This document shows positions 27,425 through 36,726 of a DNA stretch of 64,000 nucleotides, piece after piece. Made by a program: the position numbers and the translations under genes. The stretch comes from Polyangiaceae bacterium. GTDB taxonomy: Bacteria; Myxococcota_A; Polyangia; Polyangiales; Polyangiaceae. The stretch is taken from positions 195,403 to 259,402 of the forward strand of contig JBNKBE010000007.1 in NCBI GenBank assembly GCA_050287085.1. Direction: 5' to 3'. Below the pieces are notes generated by a model. That model worked only from the letters and a program-made list of their open reading frames with translations. It was not told where the DNA came from and made no database searches. Each line of letters opens with the position of its first letter. Position 1 is the first letter of the stretch.

Positions 27425-30040
27425 TCAGCGGCGGCGCTTTCGTCTAGCGCTCCGCGTGCGTGCCGACAGCAGTGCGGCGAGCCCCAGCATCCCAGAGATG
27501 AAAGCGCCTTCAGGCGGAGTATTCACCGGGCCTAAGCTGCAGCCTCCGCCGCCTGCTGAGCTTTGAGACCGGGGGTCGCTTTCATCGGCGTTTGCGCTCG
27601 CGCCCGGATCGCGCGTTGGCATATCCTCATCCGCTGCTGGGTCGGGGGCTTGGTCGACAGGGCGATCATCGGGAGGCTCGGAAGGCCCTCCGCCCTCTGC
27701 TCCGGCTTGGGGCGATTCCGGGCCCGGGTCGTTGGGCGTGGGGTCCGCGCTCGGCGGGGCCTTGTCGTCCGGCGGGGTGTTGTCATCCACCGGCATGGCC
27801 ATGGGATAGCTATCGCCGATAAATCGAGATTCGATGCGGCGTGATCGGGACCCATCAAGCCACTTGACGTAGCTGAGCAATGTGACGCCGTCCGGTGCGG
27901 TCGCCAGGACGGGCCAGCCGTAGTCGCCGCTTAGCAGCGGTTCAGGAGACGTGGCGGTTCCGCTTCGGTCGACTTCGAGTGACCACAGCGCTTTGCGCTC
28001 TGCACCAAAAACGACCAGGAAATGATCTTCCTGCCATGCGATCGCGGGCGTGCCCTCCGCGGCGAGATCGGTCAGCAAGAACGGCTCAGAAAAGCCGTTG
28101 TCTTGGTCAAGCATGCGGGCCCAAAGTGCGTCATTTGCATCCTGCCACGCGATGAGGGCCGTGTTCTCGTGGGCTCCGATGCTAGCGGTTAGCATGCCGT
28201 CCATGACAGGCCCGTATTCCGCTAGGACGACGCCGTCGTCGGAGAAGCGCAGGGTATTGCCGGTGATGGCTGCGCCATCCAGCTCTTGGCCGGAATAGGC
28301 ATAGAGATATTGCTGGCCCATGGGCGCCGCTGAGCCCCTCGGTCTCGTGATGTCGACCAGCTTGTAGGGCGCGCCCGATGGCTGACCGCTCTCGTCGAAC
28401 GTTTGGCCCCAGACTTGGTCGTCGTTGGCGCCTGCCTGTGTTGCGTCGCTGTAGAGGCTGACGAAGGTTGAGCCATTGCTCATCATGGTGGCGGATGAGC
28501 CGCGCATCTTCCACGCGATAGGGGGGCCCAATGCCTCCGACTGCGGTCGAATGCGGACGAAGGAATTGTCGCCACCGAAGGGAGTGTAAGCGAAGGCCGT
28601 CACCTGACCGTTGGAAGCGACTTGCACGCTCCCAGTTCGTTCACCATCCCCGCTGATAGCAACTCCGGGACCCACAGCGCCATCCACCGAGATATCCACG
28701 CTTCGTACCGACAGATCATCGATGCTTCCATTCCCCTCGTCGCTGTACGCGAGCACAAACTGGGCGCCGCTCCACGCGAGGCTTGGTACGCCCTGAGCGC
28801 TCGGGAAGGCAGTGAGGCCAAGTCGTTCGGCGTTGATCGCCGTCAGGTTTCGGTCGAAGTACTCACCGAAGAGGCCATCTTGAGCGTAGACCAGTGAGTA
28901 GAGTTCGCCAGTCCATTGCAGCTCCAAGTCCCAAGATTGACCCGCACGGGAGGGGCCAGAAAGCGCGGTATCGGCGTCTGAGAGATGGTTCGCCTCCTGG
29001 GTGAGCTCGGTGGCAAAGACCGCGTCTTCGCCGGAGCGATCGTCTTCCCAGGCAACCAGGTAGGTTTCACCGTTGAAGGCAACTGCGCTGCCCCCCACCG
29101 TACCGGTCGTGCGGGAAACCAGGACTTCGCGCGCCGTTACCTGCCCTTGGTTGTCGAGGGCGCTAGCATAGACTGCACTTCCATCGGTGGCCGACCAGAC
29201 CGCCATGAAGCCGTCTGTACCCGCAGCGACGGCCACGCTGACCGAGCTGGTGGTCGTCTCTGAGATCAGGACACCTCCGGGATCGAGCACTGTGCCATCT
29301 TGGGTGAAGCGCGCCGCATAGACTTTGCGTTCCCCATCCACGGCCTGCTCGAAGACAAGCAGGCCTAGCCCGTCTTCCTGTATTGCGATGGCAGGACGGT
29401 TGGTGACGCCCGAGCTCGTGACGGCCAAGGAGGAATCGGGGATGGGTCTGCCATCTACCCCGAAACGAGACAGATGAAGGTCGCCATCTACGCTAGCAAC
29501 CGTGAAGTCTTCTCCATTGAAGGCTGCCGCTACGTAGATGGAGTCCGCTCGGATGAGCTCTGGCGCGCTGAGAATCGTTCCGTCTTCGGCAACGGTTTGT
29601 CCGTAAGTACCGGGTGCGTCGTCCCCATGGTCGTTGTAGACGAGCAGAAAGGTACCCGCTCCGTACGCGAGGTCCGTGTACGCCTCGCTGCCTTCGATGT
29701 TTCGCCCGAGCCGGATCCACCCTGCCGGATCCAATTGCATGCCCTCCGGAGTGAAGCGAGACCCGCGAATGAAGCCCCCGTCATAGAAGGCGACCATGTC
29801 GATGCTGTCACCGTGGGCTGTGCCGATGTAGTTGCCGGTTCGGAATTGGACGCCGAGCGGCGCCTCGGTTCCGATGGCGTCCGGACTTAGCCCCAGGGCG
29901 CTGGTGCGACTGGAGAATGTTGCGACTTCGTCCTTGAGCTCGGCTCCCGTCTCGAATCCCGCTTCGGTGCAGGCTTGGCACGGGGCCAGTAGCAGCACCA
30001 GACAGGAGGTGGTTTTGCTCTTTGATGTGCAGCGTTTCAA
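27425..30040 (-). CDS. MYXO-CTERM-sorted surface protein with repeated beta-propeller-like units
   Basis: C-terminal GGGGCS + hydrophobic helix + RRKRRR; recurring VAFNGETYLVAWED-type repeats; TTG start with GAGGA SD. Confidence 0.85.
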   Translation of the reverse strand: MKRCTSKSKTTSCLVLLLAPCQACTEAGFETGAELKDEVATFSSRTSALGLSPDAIGTEAPLGVQFRTGNYIGTAHGDSIDMVAFYDGGFIRGSRFTPEGMQLDPAGWIRLGRNIEGSEAYTDLAYGAGTFLLVYNDHGDDAPGTYGQTVAEDGTILSAPELIRADSIYVAAAFNGEDFTVASVDGDLHLSRFGVDGRPIPDSSLAVTSSGVTNRPAIAIQEDGLGLLVFEQAVDGERKVYAARFTQDGTVLDPGGVLISETTTSSVSVAVAAGTDGFMAVWSATDGSAVYASALDNQGQVTAREVLVSRTTGTVGGSAVAFNGETYLVAWEDDRSGEDAVFATELTQEANHLSDADTALSGPSRAGQSWDLELQWTGELYSLVYAQDGLFGEYFDRNLTAINAERLGLTAFPSAQGVPSLAWSGAQFVLAYSDEGNGSIDDLSVRSVDISVDGAVGPGVAISGDGERTGSVQVASNGQVTAFAYTPFGGDNSFVRIRPQSEALGPPIAWKMRGSSATMMSNGSTFVSLYSDATQAGANDDQVWGQTFDESGQPSGAPYKLVDITRPRGSAAPMGQQYLYAYSGQELDGAAITGNTLRFSDDGVVLAEYGPVMDGMLTASIGAHENTALIAWQDANDALWARMLDQDNGFSEPFLLTDLAAEGTPAIAWQEDHFLVVFGAERKALWSLEVDRSGTATSPEPLLSGDYGWPVLATAPDGVTLLSYVKWLDGSRSRRIESRFIGDSYPMAMPVDDNTPPDDKAPPSADPTPNDPGPESPQAGAEGGGPSEPPDDRPVDQAPDPAADEDMPTRDPGASANADESDPRSQSSAGGGGCSLGPVNTPPEGAFISGMLGLAALLSARTRSARRKRRR

Positions 30041-30147
30041 TATATTCCTCCAGCGCTTGCGGCGGCCTCATCGGCTCCGCGGCGGAGCGTACGCTCCGGA
30101 ACCCGGGACCTTCCCGGGACCCGAAAAAATACGCCACCGCGTCTGGC

Positions 30148-30174
30148 TGACGTCATAGTGCGGCGCGCGTTGCA
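30148..30174 (-). promoter_or_regulatory. Candidate ECF-type promoter TGCAAC-N16-CGTCA upstream of the MYXO-CTERM gene
   Basis: Matches the general ECF AAC(-35)/CGT(-10) pattern about 110 bp upstream of the start. Confidence 0.35.
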
Positions 30175-30207
30175 CACCGATGGCGGGGTCTGGCTTCTTG
30201 CGCCCTG

Positions 30208-32031
30208 CTACTGACAGCTGAGCTTCACGCCGCTGTCGATGTCTCCGCCTTCACGGGGTACGGACGCGGTGATGACGGAGCCGTTGATGTCCGTCACCTT
30301 CACGTAGAAGGGTTCAAGGCCCATGTCCCCTTCCGGTGGCTCCCAGTAGTTGTGCGCCTGGCGAGCCGCCGGCTTGCCGTTGATTTCTACGCTCTCTATC
30401 GCGTAGGGGTGCCCCTGGACCAAGAGCTGGTTCCAGTTCTTGTTGTCAGGCTCCTTGAGCTTGAAGCTGACGTTGTCGCTTGTCGGGCACGGTACATATT
30501 TCCAGGAAATATTGCCAACGGCGCCGCCCTCATTGGTCGGGTTGCCCTGACCCAGGTACCCTTCATTCTCCGCGCCGAGCTGTAGGAACGCAGCCCTGCT
30601 CAAGTCGATATGGCCCGCGGTACACTTCGGATTGGACCCGATCGGACACTGATCAACAACGGTGATGACCACGCTGCGGCTGTTGTCGCGGGTGACCTCG
30701 ACGCACGCGCCACACATGGCCGCTGCGTTGTAGTCTGCGGTGTTGATCGCCCCGAAGTACGTGCCGTCCCCGGTCTTGATCGTCGCTACCCGGTCTGGAT
30801 TGCGCCCTGTGATCGAGTAGCTGCAGTTTACCTCTGTCGAGCCTTGATCGAAGGTGTACCAAGTAACGGAGCCGTTGTTGTTCGCGTAACCGCCCAGATC
30901 GTTGCTACACATGCCCGCGGTGCTGGTGGGGTCCTGGTACTCGTTCATCGTGGGGATTGCGTCCTCCACGTCGAGTCCAGCGAGCTCTGCGTCGGTTGCG
31001 AAACGGAGCTCGTCGATCCAGAAATCGAAATCAGCAGTTCCGCCGTCGGGTACAACGGCTTTAAAGGCGAGCCCAAGAATGCCTGCGCTGTCGAAGTTGG
31101 CGGCGGCACCCCAGCCCTCTTCTTGGGCGAGCACGTCGAAGGGTACGTTGATCAGCTTCCACTCGCTTGTCAGGGTTAGCGGCAACCCGTGTGAGTTGGA
31201 GCAGTCCGCCGCGCAGGTGCCCCCGCTGCTGGCGGGTGTAGTGGCGGAGATCGGGAGTTCGAGGCGGACGCTGCCGCTTCCGCGAGCATAGAACTGGATG
31301 CCGCTGTATTGAGATGCGTTGTAGGGCTTGCGAGCGGAGGCCCCGTTTCCGGTGTTCTGCAGGTCGAATTGAATGCCGGCTCCCCAATCGGCAAAGCCCT
31401 GTCCAGAGGTATGCACGGCGTAGGTCGTACCATTGGCCCCGCCCATCTCGGGTTTCACGGCTTGGCCTGCAGCGGGGCTTTGGCTCGAGCCGGGAGAGCC
31501 ATCATTGTAGGCACTCCATTGGCCGACGCGTTCGCCGCGATCGAGAATGATCTGATCACCGTCTTCGAAGTCGTCGATCATGCCTGCGTCGACGGGTACT
31601 GGCGGCGTGTTGTCGCCGCCGCCGCCGCCGTTCTGTCCAGCGGTGCCTCCGCCTGTCGAGCCATTCGGACCTTCGCCGGCGCCTGAGCCGTTGCCCCCGT
31701 TGCCACCGCCATTGGGAGTTCCGTTGCCCCCCACTCCGGTGGGGCCCTGACCGCCTCCAAGATCCGGATTCCCGATTCCAGCCGCGCCGCCTCCGGGTAC
31801 GTAGACGCCTGTGTTCCCGGCGCTACCGCCCACCGGACCGGTCGTCGAGGCACCGGCGCCGCTCGGGTCATTGGGCGTGGAGGCGTCACCGCAGGCGCTG
31901 AGCCAACCACAGAGCAGGGCCAAAGGGGCGGCCACGTGAGCTATTCGGTGAGGCAATCGTAGAGCCGTGTGGCGCGAACTATCGGGGACGACACAGCCAC
32001 TCAGGGCTCGGTAGGCAGACATGCGACGCAT
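30208..32031 (-). CDS. Bacterial expansin (EXLX1-like DPBB + CBM63) fused to a CBM11/CIA30-like domain; lipoprotein
   Basis: AIN..DY….CGACVEV, VVDQCP, HIDLS..AF, ISWKYVPC, NYW; N-terminal IDDFEDGD…FDFWIDELRF; lipobox LSAC. Confidence 0.9.
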   Translation of the reverse strand: MRRMSAYRALSGCVVPDSSRHTALRLPHRIAHVAAPLALLCGWLSACGDASTPNDPSGAGASTTGPVGGSAGNTGVYVPGGGAAGIGNPDLGGGQGPTGVGGNGTPNGGGNGGNGSGAGEGPNGSTGGGTAGQNGGGGGDNTPPVPVDAGMIDDFEDGDQIILDRGERVGQWSAYNDGSPGSSQSPAAGQAVKPEMGGANGTTYAVHTSGQGFADWGAGIQFDLQNTGNGASARKPYNASQYSGIQFYARGSGSVRLELPISATTPASSGGTCAADCSNSHGLPLTLTSEWKLINVPFDVLAQEEGWGAAANFDSAGILGLAFKAVVPDGGTADFDFWIDELRFATDAELAGLDVEDAIPTMNEYQDPTSTAGMCSNDLGGYANNNGSVTWYTFDQGSTEVNCSYSITGRNPDRVATIKTGDGTYFGAINTADYNAAAMCGACVEVTRDNSRSVVITVVDQCPIGSNPKCTAGHIDLSRAAFLQLGAENEGYLGQGNPTNEGGAVGNISWKYVPCPTSDNVSFKLKEPDNKNWNQLLVQGHPYAIESVEINGKPAARQAHNYWEPPEGDMGLEPFYVKVTDINGSVITASVPREGGDIDSGVKLSCQ

Positions 32032-32270
32032 GATTGGACGGTATCACGGCTATCGTCCGATCGCGCCCCGAGGCACCGGCAGATCGCGCCCGGATTTCAC
32101 CACAGAGGATCAAAAATAGTCGCATTCGTGGAAAACTCCGCGTCCGTGGATCTCTTGTCATTTGCGGGGGGCGAGTGGGCACGAGACGGCAGCTCTCTTT
32201 CGCCTGGGCAAGTGGCGAGATTTCACACGCTGTTTCTGGCGCCGAACAGCGGCCACAACTTGGGTACGCC

Positions 32271-33260
32271 ATGAATACGAAAGCTCTCATCGACGCGCTC
32301 GTGCGTCAGACCACGGTGCTGATCGCCCACGTAGCAACCGCGGCTGGGCTCCGGGCTCCGCTTTCTCAGTTGGCAGGTCAGGTGTTTCTGGACCTCACCT
32401 CGGAGCTGGAGCGTCAGGGGGTTGGTCAGAAGGTGATCGCGGACATGTTTGGTCTCGCATTGCGCTCTTACCAGCAGAAACTGCAGCGCCTATCGGAAAG
32501 CGCAACCGACCAAGGGCGTAGCCTGTGGGAGGCGGTATACGACTTCTTGGGGTCGCAGTCTGCGGTGCGGCGTGCGGAGGTGCTCCGGCGCTTCGTTCAG
32601 GACGACGAAGCCAGCGTCAAAGCGATTTTGCGCGACCTTTGCGACAGCGGTCTCGTCTATCGTGCCGGGCGCGGGGATGCGACCGTCTACCGTCGCGCGC
32701 CACCCGAAGACTTCGTTCGCGATGGCGACCTTGGCTGCGATGGGCTGGCCGCCTGGCTTTGGGTGCATATTCATCACGAGGGGCCGCTCTCGGTGGAGGC
32801 GCTAGCGACGCGCGTGAAGGCAGCTCCGGAGTTGATTCAGGCGGCCTTGGACCAACTGCTCGAGCACCAGCGTATCGTCGAAAGTGGCAGCCCCGGCTGC
32901 TACTCCAGTCAGCAATGTGTCATCCCCCTTGGGGCACAGGCGGGCTGGGAGGCCGCGCTGCTCGACCAATTTCAGGCCATGGTGCGTTCGATGTGCATCA
33001 AGCTCGCGAATGGACAGACTCGGGCTCTTCCTGACGATGAGATCGGCGGCAGCACCTATACCTTTGACGTGTGGCGTGGCCATCCACAGGAGCCGGCTGT
33101 CCGTGCCTTGCTGCGCGAAACCCGGCTTCGCTTGTCTGCGCTCTGGAACGACGTAGACGACTTCAACCGCGGCAAAGCGCTGCCTCCGAACGCTCGCCGC
33201 ATTACCTTCTACTTCGGGCAGTCCGCCGCCGTCGACGTCGGCACGGACGTCTCATCATGA
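32271..33260 (+). CDS. Myxobacterial HTH/winged-helix protein of unknown function (DUF6502-like architecture)
   Basis: KVIADMFGLALRSYQQK HTH-like segment; two wHTH-like segments (ILRDLCDSGLV; ALDQLLEHQRI); C-terminal RRITFYFGQ strand. Confidence 0.75.
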   Translation: MNTKALIDALVRQTTVLIAHVATAAGLRAPLSQLAGQVFLDLTSELERQGVGQKVIADMFGLALRSYQQKLQRLSESATDQGRSLWEAVYDFLGSQSAVRRAEVLRRFVQDDEASVKAILRDLCDSGLVYRAGRGDATVYRRAPPEDFVRDGDLGCDGLAAWLWVHIHHEGPLSVEALATRVKAAPELIQAALDQLLEHQRIVESGSPGCYSSQQCVIPLGAQAGWEAALLDQFQAMVRSMCIKLANGQTRALPDDEIGGSTYTFDVWRGHPQEPAVRALLRETRLRLSALWNDVDDFNRGKALPPNARRITFYFGQSAAVDVGTDVSS

Positions 33261-33293
33261 GATTCCTTTGAGGCTTCTTCGAGCTATACGACC

Positions 33294-34589
33294 ATGACCT
33301 TATTCAATACTTCAACGATGTCCTCCCATTCTTTGCTTCGGCGTCGCATTGCGCTCATTGCGGGTGGCGGTGCGGTCGTGGCGTGTATGGCCGCGGCCCA
33401 TGAACCCGCCAACAGTCAGACCCATTGGTTGCGTTCTTGTGTTGCAGACGAGCAATGCGGAAGCCTCGAGTGCTTGTGTGGTGTGTGCACCATGTCTTGC
33501 ACTGCGAACTCCACCTGTGGGCAGTTCGGGGACGCTGCAAGTTGTGCTGAGGCCAGTGGGTTTGAGGCTTGCGCGGAGACCAGTGCTGCGAAGATCTGCC
33601 TGCCGGGCTGTGATGAAGACACCTGTGGCGCTGGTAGCGAGTGCGTGAACGACCGGTGTGTGCCCGGCGCCCGGGGCGCCTCGGACGCGCAGGACGGCGG
33701 GATGGACGCGGTCGCCGGACGAGACGCTTCGGGCGTGCCCGCAGGAGGCATGACCAATGCCGGCGGCGCCACCGATCCGGGAGGCATGGGGGGCGCGGGC
33801 GCCACATCCGCTGGCGCTGCGGACGGGGGAGCAGATTGCCGCGTGGCGCATGTCGACTACTCGTCGGGTACGACTGTCCCTTCACCTGATAGCTGCGGAA
33901 CGTGTGAGTGCCGCGACGGTGAGCTGCAGTGTGAAGACACGCAGCCGGCGTGCGTGGGTAAACCCATCGAACCCTGCCCGGCGGACGTGCAAAGCGATTC
34001 CATCACCGTGAAAGTGCTGGCTCTCGAGGCCGACCAATTGAAGCTCGAGCTGGGTCACAGCGGTGGTTGCGAGCGTCACGACTACGCGCTGTGTTATGGT
34101 GAGTTTCTGGAGTCGTCGCCGGTGCAAGTGCCCTTGACCCTCATACATGACAGTCACGACGATGGGTGCGAAGCGTACCTGACGCTGGAGATGGCGTTTG
34201 ACTTGAGTCCGCTGGCAACAGCTTACCAAGATGCGTATCGAAGCCGGGGCGGGGTCGTGGTCACTGACTACGGAGACTATGCGTTCGGCGAGCTAAGCTG
34301 CCAAGAGCGGGAGTTCATGACCCGGTCCGAACTCGGGGCGCTGCGCGCCGCAGTGGACAGGACCTGCGAATCCGACGACGATTGCGTCGTGGAATATGCT
34401 GACACGGAGTGTCTAGCGCAATGCGGCACGCTCATGGCGCGTTCGGCCCAGGCGGAGTTCCTATCCGACGTGGAGAGCTTGTCCGATGCCTATTGTGTCG
34501 GATTTGAAGACACCTGCGGTCCGGTACTTGCTCCGCCGTGTGCCCCTATCATGGGCGTGTGCCAGGATGGGGTTTGCACGGAAGGCTGA
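33294..34589 (+). CDS. Cys-rich lipoprotein with a NigD-like C-terminal module
   Basis: Lipobox VVAC; THWLRSC…CLCGVCT; HSGGCERH…FLESSPVQ…DGCEAY…FDL. Confidence 0.75.
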   Translation: MTLFNTSTMSSHSLLRRRIALIAGGGAVVACMAAAHEPANSQTHWLRSCVADEQCGSLECLCGVCTMSCTANSTCGQFGDAASCAEASGFEACAETSAAKICLPGCDEDTCGAGSECVNDRCVPGARGASDAQDGGMDAVAGRDASGVPAGGMTNAGGATDPGGMGGAGATSAGAADGGADCRVAHVDYSSGTTVPSPDSCGTCECRDGELQCEDTQPACVGKPIEPCPADVQSDSITVKVLALEADQLKLELGHSGGCERHDYALCYGEFLESSPVQVPLTLIHDSHDDGCEAYLTLEMAFDLSPLATAYQDAYRSRGGVVVTDYGDYAFGELSCQEREFMTRSELGALRAAVDRTCESDDDCVVEYADTECLAQCGTLMARSAQAEFLSDVESLSDAYCVGFEDTCGPVLAPPCAPIMGVCQDGVCTEG

Positions 34590-34825
34590 ATTGTGCCCAG
34601 CGCGTCTACCTTGCTTGATGGTCGGTCCGGAAGTCCCCACCGGGCTTTGCTAAGTCGTCGGCGACGAGGTGCTTTCGGGTTCGGGCTTGGGGCTGGGTGG
34701 CAAACCGCTCGGAGCGAGCAAGCTCGGCCCCCGCACCTCCGATCAAAACTTCCCAGTGCGTAGCGGTCGTGTTGTTTGATATGCTTCTCGCTTGATTCTG
34801 GGCGCCAGGCGCGTTTCGCTCCGGC

Positions 34826-35548
34826 ATGGCGTTCTTCGAGCGAGAAGCGGTTCGGATTCACTACGACGTACAGGGCGAGGGCTTTGCCGTCTTGTGCTTG
34901 GCCCCCGGCGGTTTGCGTTCGAGCGCTGCCTTGTGGCGGGGCAAACCAATCGACGCGCCGCAGCTGCTGGCCCCACACTTTCGCGTTGTAACGATGGATC
35001 AGCGCAACGCGGGACGCTCGTATGCTCGGCTTGGCCCCAGCGACAGCTGGTCTGCGTTTGCTCAAGATCAGCTCGAGCTCATGACCCACCTGGGCATCGA
35101 TCGCTTTGCGGTAGTGGGCATGTGCATCGGCGGCTCCTTCATTTCGGAGTTAACCCGCATCGCTCCGGAGCGAATTGCAGGAGCTGTGATGTTGCAGCCG
35201 ATCGGGTGTGCGGACAATCGTGAGGTATTCAAAGACCTCGTCCAGGGGTGGTGGGATGAGATTGCCGCGGCCCATCCGGAAATTGGGCCCGACTGGCTCC
35301 CCGGTTACAAGGCCCGCTTGTTTGACGGTGACTTCCAGTTCAACGCCAGCGAACGCGACGCGCAGACCCAAAGGACCCCTCTCCTTCTTCTGCGGGGCGA
35401 CGACATCTACCACCCGGCTACGATCTCGGATCGGCTCGCGGAGCTCTGGCCTGGCGCGGAGTATCTCCGGGAATGGAAGTCGGGGCCAGCGTGTGAAGCT
35501 GCGAGTCAGCGTATGGTCGAGTTCTTGCGCGGTGTGGGCGTTGCGTAG
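34826..35548 (+). CDS. Alpha/beta hydrolase with a Cys nucleophile elbow
   Basis: IHYDVQGEG, MDQRNAGRS, GMCIGG, GDDIYHP. Confidence 0.85.
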   Translation: MAFFEREAVRIHYDVQGEGFAVLCLAPGGLRSSAALWRGKPIDAPQLLAPHFRVVTMDQRNAGRSYARLGPSDSWSAFAQDQLELMTHLGIDRFAVVGMCIGGSFISELTRIAPERIAGAVMLQPIGCADNREVFKDLVQGWWDEIAAAHPEIGPDWLPGYKARLFDGDFQFNASERDAQTQRTPLLLLRGDDIYHPATISDRLAELWPGAEYLREWKSGPACEAASQRMVEFLRGVGVA

Positions 35549-35556
35549 CGACTGCT

Positions 35557-35588
35557 TCACAGGTGAGCGATGGGGTCACAGGTGAGCG
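35557..35588. repeat. 13-bp direct repeat TCACAGGTGAGCG x2 (19-bp period), each with dyad TCAC-AG-GTGA
   Basis: Read directly at 35557-35569 and 35576-35588. Confidence 0.85.
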
Positions 35589-35726
35589 GCGGCGGCGACT
35601 CCTGGCGAGCGAAAAACGTCTGACCGAGTTGTGGCCATCGTTCGGCATACAACTTGCTGGGTGAGCGCCGTGTCTGCATTTCCCTGGCTCTCCTTTCCGC
35701 CGCGGCCCGTCTTTGCCTTGCTCCGA

Positions 35727-36692
35727 ATGGCTGCATTTCTAACGTTCCTGCTGATGAGTGGCTCCGCCCTTGCCGGGAAGTTAGATAGCGTCCGAAATGC
35801 AACAGGGCACGGCCACTCCGGCCATGGTGGTGGTTCGGATGACGACGACGACGATGGCTGTGGCTTCTTGGCGACGCTTCTATTCGGTTGTGAGGACGAC
35901 GCGGATGCGGTCTCCTACGCTCCCGCGCCGCCGCCGGACCCATCCGCGATGGCTCGGCAAGAGCAGGAAGAGAGGCGCCGGCGAAGAGACCTGCTCCGAA
36001 GTGATAGGTTCTACCTTCCCTATCCCTACGCGTACCAGCTGCGTGGAACGAGCATTGCGTCGCCTCTTTCGCCCTCGCTAGCCGAAGAGCCTTGCTCGTC
36101 GGTCGACCAGGAGGGCTGCAACGGAGAAAGGGACCGCTTAGCCTGCGTCGACGACACGTGTTACCTGGTAGAACAGGACGACCCAGCGATGAAAACGCCG
36201 GAGTTGAGAAGTGCTCGATTGCAGCTTTTTGCCGATTTGGGACAAGATTCCGACGGTCTGGGTCGCGGAACCCTGGGCCTCTCCTTGGACGGCGAACGTC
36301 TTGGTCTGGAGACCCGCTGGACCGCTTGGTTCGAGTCCTTGGGCACCGAGACGGACCAGCTGTGGCTGGGGGACGCCAACATTCGATTTCAGTGGTTGGC
36401 GACGTCCGTGGCCCAACTCTATGTGGGTGGCGGCGTCAACGTATTGGCCGACGCTGATGGGGCTACTCTGGGGCCAAACCTGACCGCTGCCGCTGAACTG
36501 TATCCATTGCGCCCTCTCGTGCTTCGCCTGGAAGGAGATGTGGGCACGTTGGGGGATGCCTACTTGGTCGGGGCGCAGGGCAGTGTTGGGGCAGTGTATC
36601 GCAACTTCGAGTTATACGTCGGGGCCGCCCACACGGCTGTTGACGATATTGAGTTCGTCAGCGGCTTCGGAGGCCTGCGCCTCCACCTCTAA
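35727..36692 (+). CDS. Hypothetical exported protein with C-terminal beta-barrel-like region
   Basis: Signal peptide (…SALA), acidic N-terminus, amphipathic strands ending GGLRLHL. Confidence 0.7.
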   Translation: MAAFLTFLLMSGSALAGKLDSVRNATGHGHSGHGGGSDDDDDDGCGFLATLLFGCEDDADAVSYAPAPPPDPSAMARQEQEERRRRRDLLRSDRFYLPYPYAYQLRGTSIASPLSPSLAEEPCSSVDQEGCNGERDRLACVDDTCYLVEQDDPAMKTPELRSARLQLFADLGQDSDGLGRGTLGLSLDGERLGLETRWTAWFESLGTETDQLWLGDANIRFQWLATSVAQLYVGGGVNVLADADGATLGPNLTAAAELYPLRPLVLRLEGDVGTLGDAYLVGAQGSVGAVYRNFELYVGAAHTAVDDIEFVSGFGGLRLHL

Positions 36693-36726
36693 GTTACAGC
36701 TGTCGGAGCGTTGCAGCCGTTGGGCG

